A stretch of DNA of 64,000 nt from an uncultured Heliobacteriaceae bacterium (GTDB lineage Bacteria > Acidobacteriota > Blastocatellia > RBC074), in NCBI GenBank assembly GCA_964468345.1, contig CAYXVZ010000012.1, positions 10,122 to 74,121 on the forward strand, written 5' to 3'. Under the pieces are notes generated by a model. That model worked only from the letters and a program-made list of their open reading frames with translations, was not told the origin of the DNA and did no database searches. The position numbers and the translations under genes were made by a program. Below are positions 18,641 through 28,621 of the stretch, piece by piece; position 1 is the stretch's first letter, and each line of letters starts with the position of its first letter.

Positions 18641-21190
18641 TCAATTCGCCAGGCCGACGCGGGCCAGCACCTGCTGGAAGCGCGGATGCTTGCGCAGCGG
18701 ATCGAAGACCGGCTCGACCTGCAACTCCATCAGGCCGCCGTCGCGCTCCGCAACCGCGGTTTCTAGCGCGGCCAGGGCTTTGTTCTGCTCTCCGATTCGC
18801 AGCAGCACGGCCGCAATCGCCGTCGAGGGAACGTAGCGTTCTTTCGACTCCGCCGTCAATTGCGAGAGATATTCCCGCCAGAACGATTCGCGGCCTTTCG
18901 AATACGCCGTTTTCAGGGCATTGACGTGTTCGGGAGCTCCCCGGCCCAGTTGTTGCGCGCGGATGAATTCCAGAATCGCATCCTGCGGCTGGCCTTTCTG
19001 TTCCAGAACGAGGCCCAGGCTGGAGTGCGCCGGGCCGTAATTGTCATTGAGCAGCAGCGTCTGGCGAAGATGATCGACTGCATCGTTATAGTCTCGCGCA
19101 TAATAAGACACCGTGCCGAAGGTCTGATTGACGGGCAGGGATTTCGGATCGAGTTTGCGCGCCGTTTGCAGTTCGGCATTCGCTTCGGCCGTCTTTCCCT
19201 GCAGGGCCAGAAACTCCGCATACCGGAGGCGCGGCGTCGCGTTTTTCGGCGCGAGTTCGATCGCCCGTTTGAATTCGCGCTCAGCCTCGCTCAGATTCCA
19301 ATCGTAGCGCAGGTAAACCTGCGCCAGCGTCAGGTGCGCGTCGGGCAGATCGCTGTTCTTGCCGAGCGCGATGAGGGCGACGTCTTTTGCCTTTTGCATT
19401 CCTTTGCGCGGCGGCAGGCCGTCGGAATTCAGCGCGTGACAGGCCGCGCAGCCCGCGGCCGCCAGCGAATAGGACGGATCTTTCGCGAAGGCGGCCTCGA
19501 AAAATTCATCGGCTTTTTGCCGGTCTTCCTGCGTTCCGCGGTTCCAGTGATAACGGCCTTTCAAAAACAAATCATAGGCTTCCGGGCTGTTCGGCATGGA
19601 CTTCGCGAGGCTTGCGGCCGCCGCATCGCTCAATCGGAATTCGAGTTTGCCGGTGATGCTGCGCGAAATTTCATCCTGAATCGTGAGCAGGTCGGAAAGC
19701 TTTTTGTTGAATCGCTCGCCCCAGATCTGTCGCCCGTTGCGGGTGTTGACCAGTTCGGCATTGATCGTCAGGTTGTTTCCGCGGCGTTCGATGCGGCCGA
19801 GCAGAACGGCCTCTACATCCAGATCGCGGCCGACGGCGCGTTCGTCGATCTGTTGTCCTTTATAACGGAAGACCGAATTCCGCGCGCTGATGCTCAGGTC
19901 ATCCCATTGCGAAAGGGAATTGATGATGCCTTCCGTGATTCCCTCGCTCAGGTACTCCGCGTCCGCATCGCCCGTGACATTGACGAAGGGCATCACGGCG
20001 ATCGTGTCGATTCTGGCGGCCTGCTGTTGATAGCGCGTATAGAAAAAGGCGCCCGCCGCCGCCAAACCCAGCAACAGAACCGCCAGCGCCGGCAGCAGAA
20101 GTTTGCGCTTTTTCTTCGGTTCCGCCTGCGGCTGCGGCATCGGCGTCACGATCGTTTGCACCGGCTCGGCCACGGAAGGAATGGCGCTGGTCTCATAGCT
20201 GAAATGCTCGCCGGAGGCCGGCGTCACGACCGTGTCGAGACCGGCCGAGCCGATCAGGCCCTCGACATAGGTCGTCTCGAGATGCACGGCGGGATCGGAT
20301 GAAATCACGGGAATTCCCTGATCGAGCGAATACTCCAACCGCGATTTGATTCGCTTGAGCGCGGTGATGACTTCATAGCCGTACTGAAATCTCTCTTCCC
20401 GGTTTTTGGCCAGCAGCTTATAGATCACCTCTTCGAGTTCGATCGGAATGCCCGGGATGCGTTCGGACGGGCGCGGCGGAATGCTGGTCAGCAGGGCGGC
20501 GATGATGTCGCTTGTCGTCGGTCCCGCGAAGGGACGCTCGCCGGTGATCATTTCATAGAGCACGACGCCGAGGCTGAACAGATCCGTGCGGCCGTCGAGC
20601 TTTTGCCCGCGCGCCTGTTCCGGCGACATATACGCCACCGTGCCGATCACCAGCCCGGGTTGCGTCTGCAGCATCGATCGCGTGTTGACCATCGCTTCAT
20701 CGAGGTCGGCGGTGTCCGTTTCCGTCAGCTTCGCCAGGCCGAAATCCAGGACTTTGATATAGCCATCCGGGCGAAGCATGATGTTCTCGGGTTTGATGTC
20801 GCGATGAATGATGCCCGCATTGTGCGCCGCGCCGAGCGCGCTGGCCGTCTGAATCGCAATTTCGAGCGCATCGCTCAAGCTCAGCTTTCGTCCCGCAATC
20901 GCATCTCGCAGCGTTTGCCCCTCGATGAACTCGGTCGCAATGAAGTGCGTGTCCTCCGTCCGGCCGATATCGAAGATCGTCAGGATGCTCGGGTGATTCA
21001 GGCCCGAGGCCGACCGCGCTTCATTCTCGAAGCGCCGCACGCGAAGCTCATCCTGCATAAACGTTTCGGGCAGAATCTTGAGCGCCACCTTGCGCCGCAG
21101 CCGCTCATCCTCCGCGAGATAAACCTCGCCCATTCCGCCCGCGCCCAGCTTTTTTATGATGCGATAGTGTGAAAGCGATTGCTCGATCAT
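18641..21190 (-). CDS. Ser/Thr protein kinase with transmembrane segment and C-terminal TPR repeats
   Basis: The kinase starts at MIEQSLSHYRIIKKLGAGGMGEVY with catalytic loop HRDIKPENIML and DFGLA. A TM helix and TPR-like repeats follow. The ORF continuation upstream to 21298 runs into a GC-rich hairpin and is rejected. Confidence 0.8.
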   Translation of the reverse strand: MIEQSLSHYRIIKKLGAGGMGEVYLAEDERLRRKVALKILPETFMQDELRVRRFENEARSASGLNHPSILTIFDIGRTEDTHFIATEFIEGQTLRDAIAGRKLSLSDALEIAIQTASALGAAHNAGIIHRDIKPENIMLRPDGYIKVLDFGLAKLTETDTADLDEAMVNTRSMLQTQPGLVIGTVAYMSPEQARGQKLDGRTDLFSLGVVLYEMITGERPFAGPTTSDIIAALLTSIPPRPSERIPGIPIELEEVIYKLLAKNREERFQYGYEVITALKRIKSRLEYSLDQGIPVISSDPAVHLETTYVEGLIGSAGLDTVVTPASGEHFSYETSAIPSVAEPVQTIVTPMPQPQAEPKKKRKLLLPALAVLLLGLAAAGAFFYTRYQQQAARIDTIAVMPFVNVTGDADAEYLSEGITEGIINSLSQWDDLSISARNSVFRYKGQQIDERAVGRDLDVEAVLLGRIERRGNNLTINAELVNTRNGRQIWGERFNKKLSDLLTIQDEISRSITGKLEFRLSDAAAASLAKSMPNSPEAYDLFLKGRYHWNRGTQEDRQKADEFFEAAFAKDPSYSLAAAGCAACHALNSDGLPPRKGMQKAKDVALIALGKNSDLPDAHLTLAQVYLRYDWNLSEAEREFKRAIELAPKNATPRLRYAEFLALQGKTAEANAELQTARKLDPKSLPVNQTFGTVSYYARDYNDAVDHLRQTLLLNDNYGPAHSSLGLVLEQKGQPQDAILEFIRAQQLGRGAPEHVNALKTAYSKGRESFWREYLSQLTAESKERYVPSTAIAAVLLRIGEQNKALAALETAVAERDGGLMELQVEPVFDPLRKHPRFQQVLARVGLAN

Positions 21191-21203
21191 ATGCTTATAA
21201 AAC

Positions 21204-21356
21204 AGGGGGGAGGGGCGAGGGATGAGGGGCGAGGGCAGAAGATTGATTCTCCGCTGCTGCCTTCGATTATTGGGTGCGTGGCAAGTAATGCCTTTCACTC
21301 GCCCCTTGTCCCTCTCCTCTCGTCCCTTTCTTCTCGCCCCTCGCCCCTTTCCTTCG
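21204..21356. repeat. GC-rich GGGGCGAGGGGCGAG-type palindromic element (family E), copy 1
   Basis: GGGGAGGGGCGAGGGATGAGGGGCGAGGG faces CTCGCCCCTTGTCCCTC...CTCGCCCCTCGCCCC. The element is intergenic. Confidence 0.55.
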
Positions 21357-21923
<567 letters not shown>

Positions 21924-22051
21924 AGCTATCGTTCTCCCTTATTGATATTTGTTTCGCCGCTTGTAAAACGGCCATATGCGATGCTCTGTATTAGATCCCA
22001 TCCGCAATTGACTACGCAATGCGCGGCGCATTCGGATTTCAGAATCTGTGT

Positions 22052-22606
22052 TTATCGCCGAGGCTTTCGGTTGGCGGGTTGCAGGCCGGAATCGGTCAGC
22101 AAAGTCACGCGGTGTTGCGCTCCGGGCGGCGCCTGAAACGAGGTATGCCGATGGACAACCACCCAATGGCCATTCTCTTTGGCGTAAAAGGTGGAGATGC
22201 GCCCTTCATTCACGGTCCGTTTGCCGTTTTCGCGGGATTCCAGGCGGAAGTTGGCGGCCGAGAAAGCGGCGTCGCCATAGACGCGCGCCACGCGATTGCT
22301 GAGGGTGCGTTTGATTTTGGCGGAGCCCGCGAACATTTGTTCGTACAATTTTCGGATTTCCTCGAAGCCCTTGAATTGCCGGCGTTCGAAAAACCAGAGC
22401 AGGTCCGGATCGTGCGAAAAATATTGCTCGATAAATTTTAGATCCCGTTTTTCCCAGGCGGCGGCAAATTCGTCTTCGAGGCGCAGGATCGCCTGTACGT
22501 CCGGGGGCGGGGAATTTTGCGCAGCCCCTATTGTTTCAACCAGAGACAGCCAGAAAAAACAAAAGAGAATAAAACTCCGAGCGATCATCTTTTTCCAGAA
22601 ATTCAG
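22052..22606 (-). CDS. NTF2/SnoaL-like (DUF4440-type) domain protein with N-terminal signal/TM segment
   Basis: SnoaL-like fold residues AAWEKRDLKFIEQYFSHDPDLLWF...GHWVVVHRHTS. Start taken at MLNFWKKMIARSFILFCFFWL. Confidence 0.5.
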   Translation of the reverse strand: MNFWKKMIARSFILFCFFWLSLVETIGAAQNSPPPDVQAILRLEDEFAAAWEKRDLKFIEQYFSHDPDLLWFFERRQFKGFEEIRKLYEQMFAGSAKIKRTLSNRVARVYGDAAFSAANFRLESRENGKRTVNEGRISTFYAKENGHWVVVHRHTSFQAPPGAQHRVTLLTDSGLQPANRKPRR

Positions 22607-22880
22607 CATCAAGGAAACCGTCCTTTTCGTACAGGGGAGTCGGGAAACCGGCAAGGAAGCTGGCAGCGACCAGGACAGATGCGCCGCTATGCCGTGTTAC
22701 GATAGCGCGAAGAGAGAAAAATTCTTCTCTTGCATTGTCGGATTCTGAATTTTACACTCCGACGAAGAAAAAAGTGTCCTGGTCCCCCATTCGATCCTGT
22801 TTCCGGTCCCCGCGAAAATGCTCTTCATCTATTCATGTTGTAGTTGGACCACAGTCCCATCTGGAAGGAGTTTACGAGAA

Positions 22881-23721
22881 TATGACATCCCGAACACTGG
22901 TTCGTATGTTTTGGAGTGCGCTGTTTCTGGCCATTGTCGCCGGCTGCGCAACGGATAGCTATGCGCAGTTTGACAAGCTGAAGAAGAAAATTCCCGGCAT
23001 GGGAGGGGGCAGCAGCGAGATCGATTCGATCCTGAGCCAAATGGACAGCGCCCGCATCCGTTCGGCGTATGCCCGCGTGACGCTCAGTCTGGCCGATGAC
23101 GTGATTCGCCGGCAGGCGCTGCGCAACACGACCAAAAAATCCTCGGCGGCGCAGATTGAAAAAGACAAAAAGGATCTCGAAGCGCTCGATAAGTCGATCG
23201 CGGAGAAAAAGAAATTGCTGGCCGAATTGGGCCGCCAGACCGGCAGCAGCAAATACGACGAAAAAACCTCGGAAAACGTCGATGCACAGCTCAAGTCCGA
23301 TCAGGAAAAGCGCGATGAAAAGCGCGCCATGATCGACGCCGAAATCGCCGATAAGGAAAAGAATGAAAAAGGCCTGGGCGCGAAGGACAAGGAAAACTAC
23401 GGCAAGCTTGCGCGCCTGCTTTTTACGGCGGCCAAGCAGGAAAAGGAAGCCGTCGATACCGCGCGTGAAGTCCAACCCCGCGCTGAATCCGCCGCGCGCA
23501 ATACCAGCAATAATCCCGGCAGTCTTGCTTCCACCCAGCCCAAGCGCCTGAACGAAGGACTCAAGGGGCTCAATGAAATCATCGCCGAAGGCCCGGCGCA
23601 TATTTCGACCCTCACCAGCGTCGCGAACCATCTGGCCAAGATCGGCGGCATCGATTTGACCGATGCCAAATATCAATCCCGCGTCGTCACGGACGAAGAC
23701 GAGATTCCGACCGATTGGTAA
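22881..23721 (+). CDS. hypothetical secreted/lipoprotein with coiled-coil (Lys/Glu-rich)
   Basis: Start at MTSRTLVRMFWSALFLAIVAGCATDSYAQ, a lipobox-like sequence. Long charged helical region. Confidence 0.45.
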
Positions 23722-23739
23722 TTTTCAGGGCACAGCATC

Positions 23740-24729
23740 ATGCGTCAAATCAAATTGCATCAAAAGAAATTCGACCTTGATCATTACTGCTGCATTGAAA
23801 GGTATTGGCCACGGAGGCACAGAGGCACAGAGCGTAAAGAGAGAGGAATTCTTTCTCCGGCAAAACTCTTTGCCTCGGCGCCTCTGTGGCATTTTCTTCC
23901 GATCTTTTTCCTGCTGACGGCATCCTGGGCCTATGCCCAGGACCCGCCGACGGTTGGCGTGCGCTATTTCCGCATCAGCGCGGCCAGCGACGGCGAATAC
24001 CGCGGCGATGCAAAAGCGCTGGCCAGTTCGCTGCGCATTGCGCTCGACACGACCAAGGGGTTCAAGCAGATCGTCACGCTCGACGACGAGCAGGTCGAGC
24101 AGTTGACCAAAATCATCGCGGATTCGAAAAAGGGCGCCTACAATCGCGCGCTGCCCGGCAACCTTGCCGAAGCGCCGGATGCCTATATCTTCCCGGAACT
24201 TTTGCGGGTCGGCGCGGTCGAGCGCGATCTGTTCGCGCGGATCGAAATCACCTACACGATCGAGATGGGCGCTTCGGCCGTCGATCCCGTGACGCGGGCG
24301 ATTTTGTTCAGCGACAAGGTCACGATCAGCGAAAAGCGGAATAAGACGGACAGTCGCGGCGGCGCGAAGAACGTCTATGAAGATCTCGTTGCCAAGGCCG
24401 TCGATCGCCTGGCCGCGAAGATGGCAGCGTTCTTTTTGAAGCGCGGCCGCATTCTTCGCGTGGCCGAAGACCAGCAGACGATCTTTATCAATCTCGGCTC
24501 GCGTCACGGCATCAAGCCCGGCGACAAGTTCACGGTTCACGCGACCGCGAAGGAAGGGAACTCGGCGGTCGGGGATACGGCCGAAGAGGAAGGCCTCGCC
24601 GAATTCGATCTCGACTCGAAGGGCGGCCTCGAAATCACCGAAGTCCGCGAGAACGCCGCGAAAGGCAAGCTGACCGGCGGCGCGAAAGGCGTGGCCAAGG
24701 GCGACTCGGTCCGATACGTGAAGCAATAA
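23740..24729 (+). CDS. hypothetical secreted protein (start uncertain, probably near 23850)
   Basis: Hydrophobic leader LPIFFLLTASWAYAQ. The product is conserved-looking and globular. Upstream lies a CACAGAGGCACAGAG repeat element. Confidence 0.4.
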   Translation: MRQIKLHQKKFDLDHYCCIERYWPRRHRGTERKERGILSPAKLFASAPLWHFLPIFFLLTASWAYAQDPPTVGVRYFRISAASDGEYRGDAKALASSLRIALDTTKGFKQIVTLDDEQVEQLTKIIADSKKGAYNRALPGNLAEAPDAYIFPELLRVGAVERDLFARIEITYTIEMGASAVDPVTRAILFSDKVTISEKRNKTDSRGGAKNVYEDLVAKAVDRLAAKMAAFFLKRGRILRVAEDQQTIFINLGSRHGIKPGDKFTVHATAKEGNSAVGDTAEEEGLAEFDLDSKGGLEITEVRENAAKGKLTGGAKGVAKGDSVRYVKQ

Positions 24730-24738
24730 GGACAGGCA

Positions 24739-25560
24739 ATGAAAAAGCTCATTTCTATCTATACCGGGCGAGTTTGGCCACAGAGACACAGAGGCGCAGA
24801 GAGGGGAACAGAGGTTCTGCGTCTTTGTGCTCTGTTGGCCATGTTTTGCGTACCATTCGTGCTTGCAGAGGCGCAGAATAAGGCGCAATCGCCGCGCCGG
24901 CCGTTGTTGATCTTTCTCGATCTGAAAGAGACGAATCTCGGCAATGCTTCGACGGTGGCGATCAATACCTTGACCGAAAAACTGGATGACGCGAAGTTCC
25001 GCGTGACCACCAATCGCCGCGAAGCCATCATGATCATCGACGGCACGATCAGCTCGCGGCCTTCGCCCGTAACCGATGAAGTCAAGAAAGAAGGCGGCGT
25101 CAATGCCGATGCAACCGCTTCGGTGCGATTGCTCATCGGCACCGAAGTCATCGCGACCAGCGTCGTGCGTAGCAACCCCGGCGATTGGGGCGTGCAGGCC
25201 GATCGCGTCGGCGAAGACCGCTTGATCGAGGTCGCCGGCATGGTGGCTGAAGATCTTTTCAGCGACGAGTTCTTTCAACAGATTGTCCCGCCTTCGTCTT
25301 CGCCCGATAACAAAGGCGCGACGACCAAATCCACGCCGCAACCGAAATACGCCGCCCGCAAGCCCGCCCGCAAACCCGGCGTCGGCTTTCTCGAAATCGT
25401 CAAAATGGTCGAAAATTACGCGCCCGAAGACCGCATCGTCAGCGCGCTCAAAAAGTACGGCATCAAATTCAAACCGCGCGATCCCGCCCTCAATCAACTT
25501 CGATCGATGGGCGCGAGCGAATCGCTCATCAGCGCGGTGAAATCGTCGAATGTGGTCTGA
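24739..25560 (+). CDS. hypothetical secreted protein (start probably near 24812-24841)
   Basis: Leader MFCVPFVLAEAQ. Upstream GGCCACAGAGACACAGAGGCGCAGAG element resembles the one before the preceding gene. Confidence 0.4.
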   Translation: MKKLISIYTGRVWPQRHRGAERGTEVLRLCALLAMFCVPFVLAEAQNKAQSPRRPLLIFLDLKETNLGNASTVAINTLTEKLDDAKFRVTTNRREAIMIIDGTISSRPSPVTDEVKKEGGVNADATASVRLLIGTEVIATSVVRSNPGDWGVQADRVGEDRLIEVAGMVAEDLFSDEFFQQIVPPSSSPDNKGATTKSTPQPKYAARKPARKPGVGFLEIVKMVENYAPEDRIVSALKKYGIKFKPRDPALNQLRSMGASESLISAVKSSNVV

Positions 25561-25565
25561 AGGCA

Positions 25566-25640
25566 GGGGGAAGGGAAGAGGGGCGAGGGGCGAGAGAAAA
25601 CTTGCCTCTCGCCCCTCGCCCCTAACCCCTCGCCCCTTTC
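25566..25640. repeat. family E GC-rich palindromic element, copy 2
   Basis: GAGGGGCGAGGGGCGAGAGAAAACTTGCCTCTCGCCCCTCGCCCCTAACCCCTCGCCCC. Confidence 0.55.
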
Positions 25641-25644
25641 TTTT

Positions 25645-27273
25645 ATGATTGGCACAACCATCGGCAATTACAAAATCACCGGGGAACTGGCGAAAGGCGG
25701 GATGGGCGCGGTGTATCGGGCGCATCACGTGACGCTGCCGCGCGAAGTGGTCGTGAAATCCATTTTGCTTTCCTCGTTTCCGCCGCATCTGCAGGAACAG
25801 CTCAAGACGCGTTTTCTGCGCGAAGCGCTGGTGCAATCGCAACTCGACCATCCGAACATCGTGCGGGTGCTGGAATTTTTCGTGACGGAGGAGAACTATT
25901 TTCTGGTCATGGAATACGTCGCCGGCCTGAGCCTGCGCGATTTGCTGCGCCGGCAGGGACGACTGAGTCCCGAACAGGCATTGCCGTTGTTCAAGCAGGC
26001 GCTGAGCGCGCTCGAATACGCGCACAATTTCACCTATGTCGATGAAGGCGGCGGGCGCTACACGGGCATTACGCATCGCGATATCAAGCCGGGAAATTTT
26101 CTGCTCGACGGCATGGCGCGGTTGAAACTGACGGATTTCGGCATCGTCAAAACCGCGACCGAACAGGGAATGACGCGGACCGGATTCAATCCGGGCACGG
26201 CCGAATATATGTCGCCGGAACAGATTCGGGGCGCGAAAGTGGATACGCGATCGGACCTCTATAGCCTGGGCGTGACGTTTTATGAAATGCTGGCCGGGCG
26301 GCTGCCCTTTCCGCATACCGATGCCGGGTCGGAATATGAAGTGATGCGCGGCCATATCGAACTGACGCCGCCGCCCCTGCACGAACTCGTGCCGGGGCTG
26401 CCGGCGCCGCTGGCGGCGATCATCACGAAAGCGCTGGAAAAAGATCCGAACACGCGCTTTCAAACCGCGACGGATTTTTTGCAGGCCGTCATTGCCTATG
26501 AGCGCCGCGGCATCACCGCGCCGCAATCCGTGCGCGCACCGCAGCCGCAGGGAACGCATTCGATGACGGAAGTGCTGCCCGTCGCGGCCCGGCCGAATAC
26601 GAATCCATCGACCGATTTGACGGCTCCGCGCGGGGCGCAGGTGAGTGCGCAGCCGACCATCGTGACAACGCCCGCGCCGGTCCAATCGACCAATGCCGCG
26701 CCGCCCGCGGCCGTGCCCGCGACCAATGTCATGCCGCCGCCCGTGCGAACGGCCGATCCCGCGCCGCGTCCTGCGCCGCCGCCTGCGCCGCCGGCATCGC
26801 AATCGACGAACAGTACCGGCTTTTTTATCCTGATTGCGCTCATCGGCCTTGCGCTCATCGGCGGCGCGGCTTTTTTCACCTTTCAGAAAAAGGTCGCCGA
26901 CGCCGTCTCGACGACGATGACGACATCGAGCCCCGCGCCGCAGATCCAGCCTACAAAGCCTCCCGCCGCAGTCGAAGATAACCGCCTTCGCCTCGCTCGT
27001 GCCGCGGAAGAAAAAGAGGAATATAAAACGGCCATTCAGCAGTACGAATCCTTCCTCGGCGAAAATGCGCAATCGGCGGAGGCCGCCGCGCTTCGCGAAC
27101 GCGTCGTCATGCTCAAAAAAGTAGCGGGTTTGCTGTCCGTCGCTGAGACCGAACTGGACAAGGAAGATTACGCCGCGGCTAAGCGCGATTTCGAAGCTGT
27201 GCTCAAGCTTCGCCCGGAGTCGAAGCTCGCGCAGGCCGGGATTCTATTGATCGAGAACGAAACGAAAAAATAA
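25645..27273 (+). CDS. Ser/Thr protein kinase with Pro/Ala-rich linker, TM helix and C-terminal TPR-like region
   Basis: Glycine loop GELAKGGMGAVYRA, catalytic loop HRDIKPGNFLL, and DFGIV. Confidence 0.8.
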   Translation: MIGTTIGNYKITGELAKGGMGAVYRAHHVTLPREVVVKSILLSSFPPHLQEQLKTRFLREALVQSQLDHPNIVRVLEFFVTEENYFLVMEYVAGLSLRDLLRRQGRLSPEQALPLFKQALSALEYAHNFTYVDEGGGRYTGITHRDIKPGNFLLDGMARLKLTDFGIVKTATEQGMTRTGFNPGTAEYMSPEQIRGAKVDTRSDLYSLGVTFYEMLAGRLPFPHTDAGSEYEVMRGHIELTPPPLHELVPGLPAPLAAIITKALEKDPNTRFQTATDFLQAVIAYERRGITAPQSVRAPQPQGTHSMTEVLPVAARPNTNPSTDLTAPRGAQVSAQPTIVTTPAPVQSTNAAPPAAVPATNVMPPPVRTADPAPRPAPPPAPPASQSTNSTGFFILIALIGLALIGGAAFFTFQKKVADAVSTTMTTSSPAPQIQPTKPPAAVEDNRLRLARAAEEKEEYKTAIQQYESFLGENAQSAEAAALRERVVMLKKVAGLLSVAETELDKEDYAAAKRDFEAVLKLRPESKLAQAGILLIENETKK

Positions 27274-27292
27274 ATCAGGTCGAAACAGACAA

Positions 27293-27345
27293 TGTGGGAC
27301 AGAAAAATTGTTTTCCTCCTTTGGGAAAATTTTTCTGTCCCACAT
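27293..27345 (+). terminator. hairpin terminator (GGGACAGAAAAATTGTTTTCCTCCTTTGGGAAAATTTTTCTGTCCCACATTTTTCTG)
   Basis: Perfect 20-bp stem followed by a T-rich run, immediately after the kinase stop. Confidence 0.6.
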
Positions 27346-27358
27346 TTTTCTGTTTGAA

Positions 27359-28602
27359 CTATCTCGCGGGATCGATCCTCCTGCCGCCCGCGATAACCAC
27401 TCGAATTTTCCTCGTATTCGAAATCTCCGCCAACGGATCGGCGTCGAGCAGCACGAGGTCTGCCCGCTTGCCGCGCGCGATCGTGCCCATTCGATCGGCG
27501 ACGCCGAGGGATTGGGCCGGATGGATCGTCGCGGCCTGCAGCGCCTGCAGCGGCGTCAGGCCGGCTTCGACGAGCATGGCAAGGTCATCGTGCAGCGAAG
27601 CGCCCGGACGGATTGTCAGATCAGGCCACGCGAAATCGGAGGCGGCCAGCAGGCGAACGCCCGCGCGCTGCATCAGGCCGACGAGTTGCTGAAAGCGGGG
27701 AAAGATTTTTTTGCGCGCCGCGGCCGAAATGGGATTCGTCGTCTCGCGCATGCGAATGGTTTCGCGGTAGGCGATCAGCGTCGGCGCGTAATACGTCCCG
27801 TTTTTTGCGAAGCGAGCAAAGAGCGCCATCGCTTTTTCATCTGTGAATTCCGCCAGCGCTTCGAGTTCAGGTTTTCTTTTCTGCGGATCGGTGAAGACGA
27901 GGCTCTCGATCAGATTCTCTGTATGTTCGAGGCTGCGCACGCCCGCGTCCGATGCCTCTTCTATTCGAATCCCCGTTCGCGGCAGGTGAACGACGACGGG
28001 CAGTTTTTGTTTCCGCGCGGCTTCCATCAACGCGAAAAAGGCTTCGCGCGGCAGAGCATTGTGAACCTTGATCAGATCGACGCCTTTTACTTCAGCGTCG
28101 AGACCGCCTGTCTCGCTTCGTCCGGCGTTTTGACGACCAGCGTTGCCGCGGCGCGATCGGCGGGCAGGTCGTCTTTGGGGCCGTACACATAGGGCCCGGC
28201 GCGAAAGATCAACGGTCCGACCCGGTCCCCACGGGCGATTTCGCTGCGCCATCCATCGATCTGATTCAAATCGCTGCCCAGATCGCGCGCGCCCGTGATG
28301 CCATGCGCGATCAATGCCGGCAGGGCTTTTTCCGTCGCGAAGCTCAAATGCGTGTGCATATCCCATAAACCGGGGATCAGAAATTTGCCCGTGCCGTCGA
28401 TCACCGTCGCGCCTTTCGGCACGGAGATTTTTTCCTTCGGGCCGAGGCCGGCAATGCGAGCCTCTTTGACGATCACTGTCAGGCCCGGCACGGCAGCGCC
28501 GCCCTGCACATCGATCACCGTGACATTGGTGATCGCAATCGGCGCTTGTTGCGCCAGTGCGGGAATCGCCAGCAGTAGTAGCAGTAGAAGGACGAATTTC
28601 AT
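27359..28602 (-). pseudogene. metal-dependent amidohydrolase interrupted by a frameshift. It may be a pseudogene or a homopolymer sequencing error near 28087-28100.
   Basis: ORF 28087..28602 encodes a signal peptide and the N-terminal amidohydrolase domain, ending ...EARQAVSTLK*. ORF 27359..28366 continues in another frame (...GVDLIKVHNALPRE...HLPRTG). The junction lies in a GTAAAAGGC run. Confidence 0.6.
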
Positions 28603-28621
28603 TGCCAGTCTCTCTTCCCCC

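Noticed and set aside
23725-27072. 1115-aa minus-strand ORF spanning several plus-strand genes (and similar long antisense ORFs: 1572..3038, 3057..4004, 9532..10353, 18860..20302, 29009..30823, 30964..32313, 46912..48783, 48918..50327)
   Set aside because: These are low-complexity Arg/Gly/Asp-rich translations that lie antisense to well-supported genes with clear motifs. Such shadow ORFs are expected in 60%-plus GC DNA with third-position GC bias.
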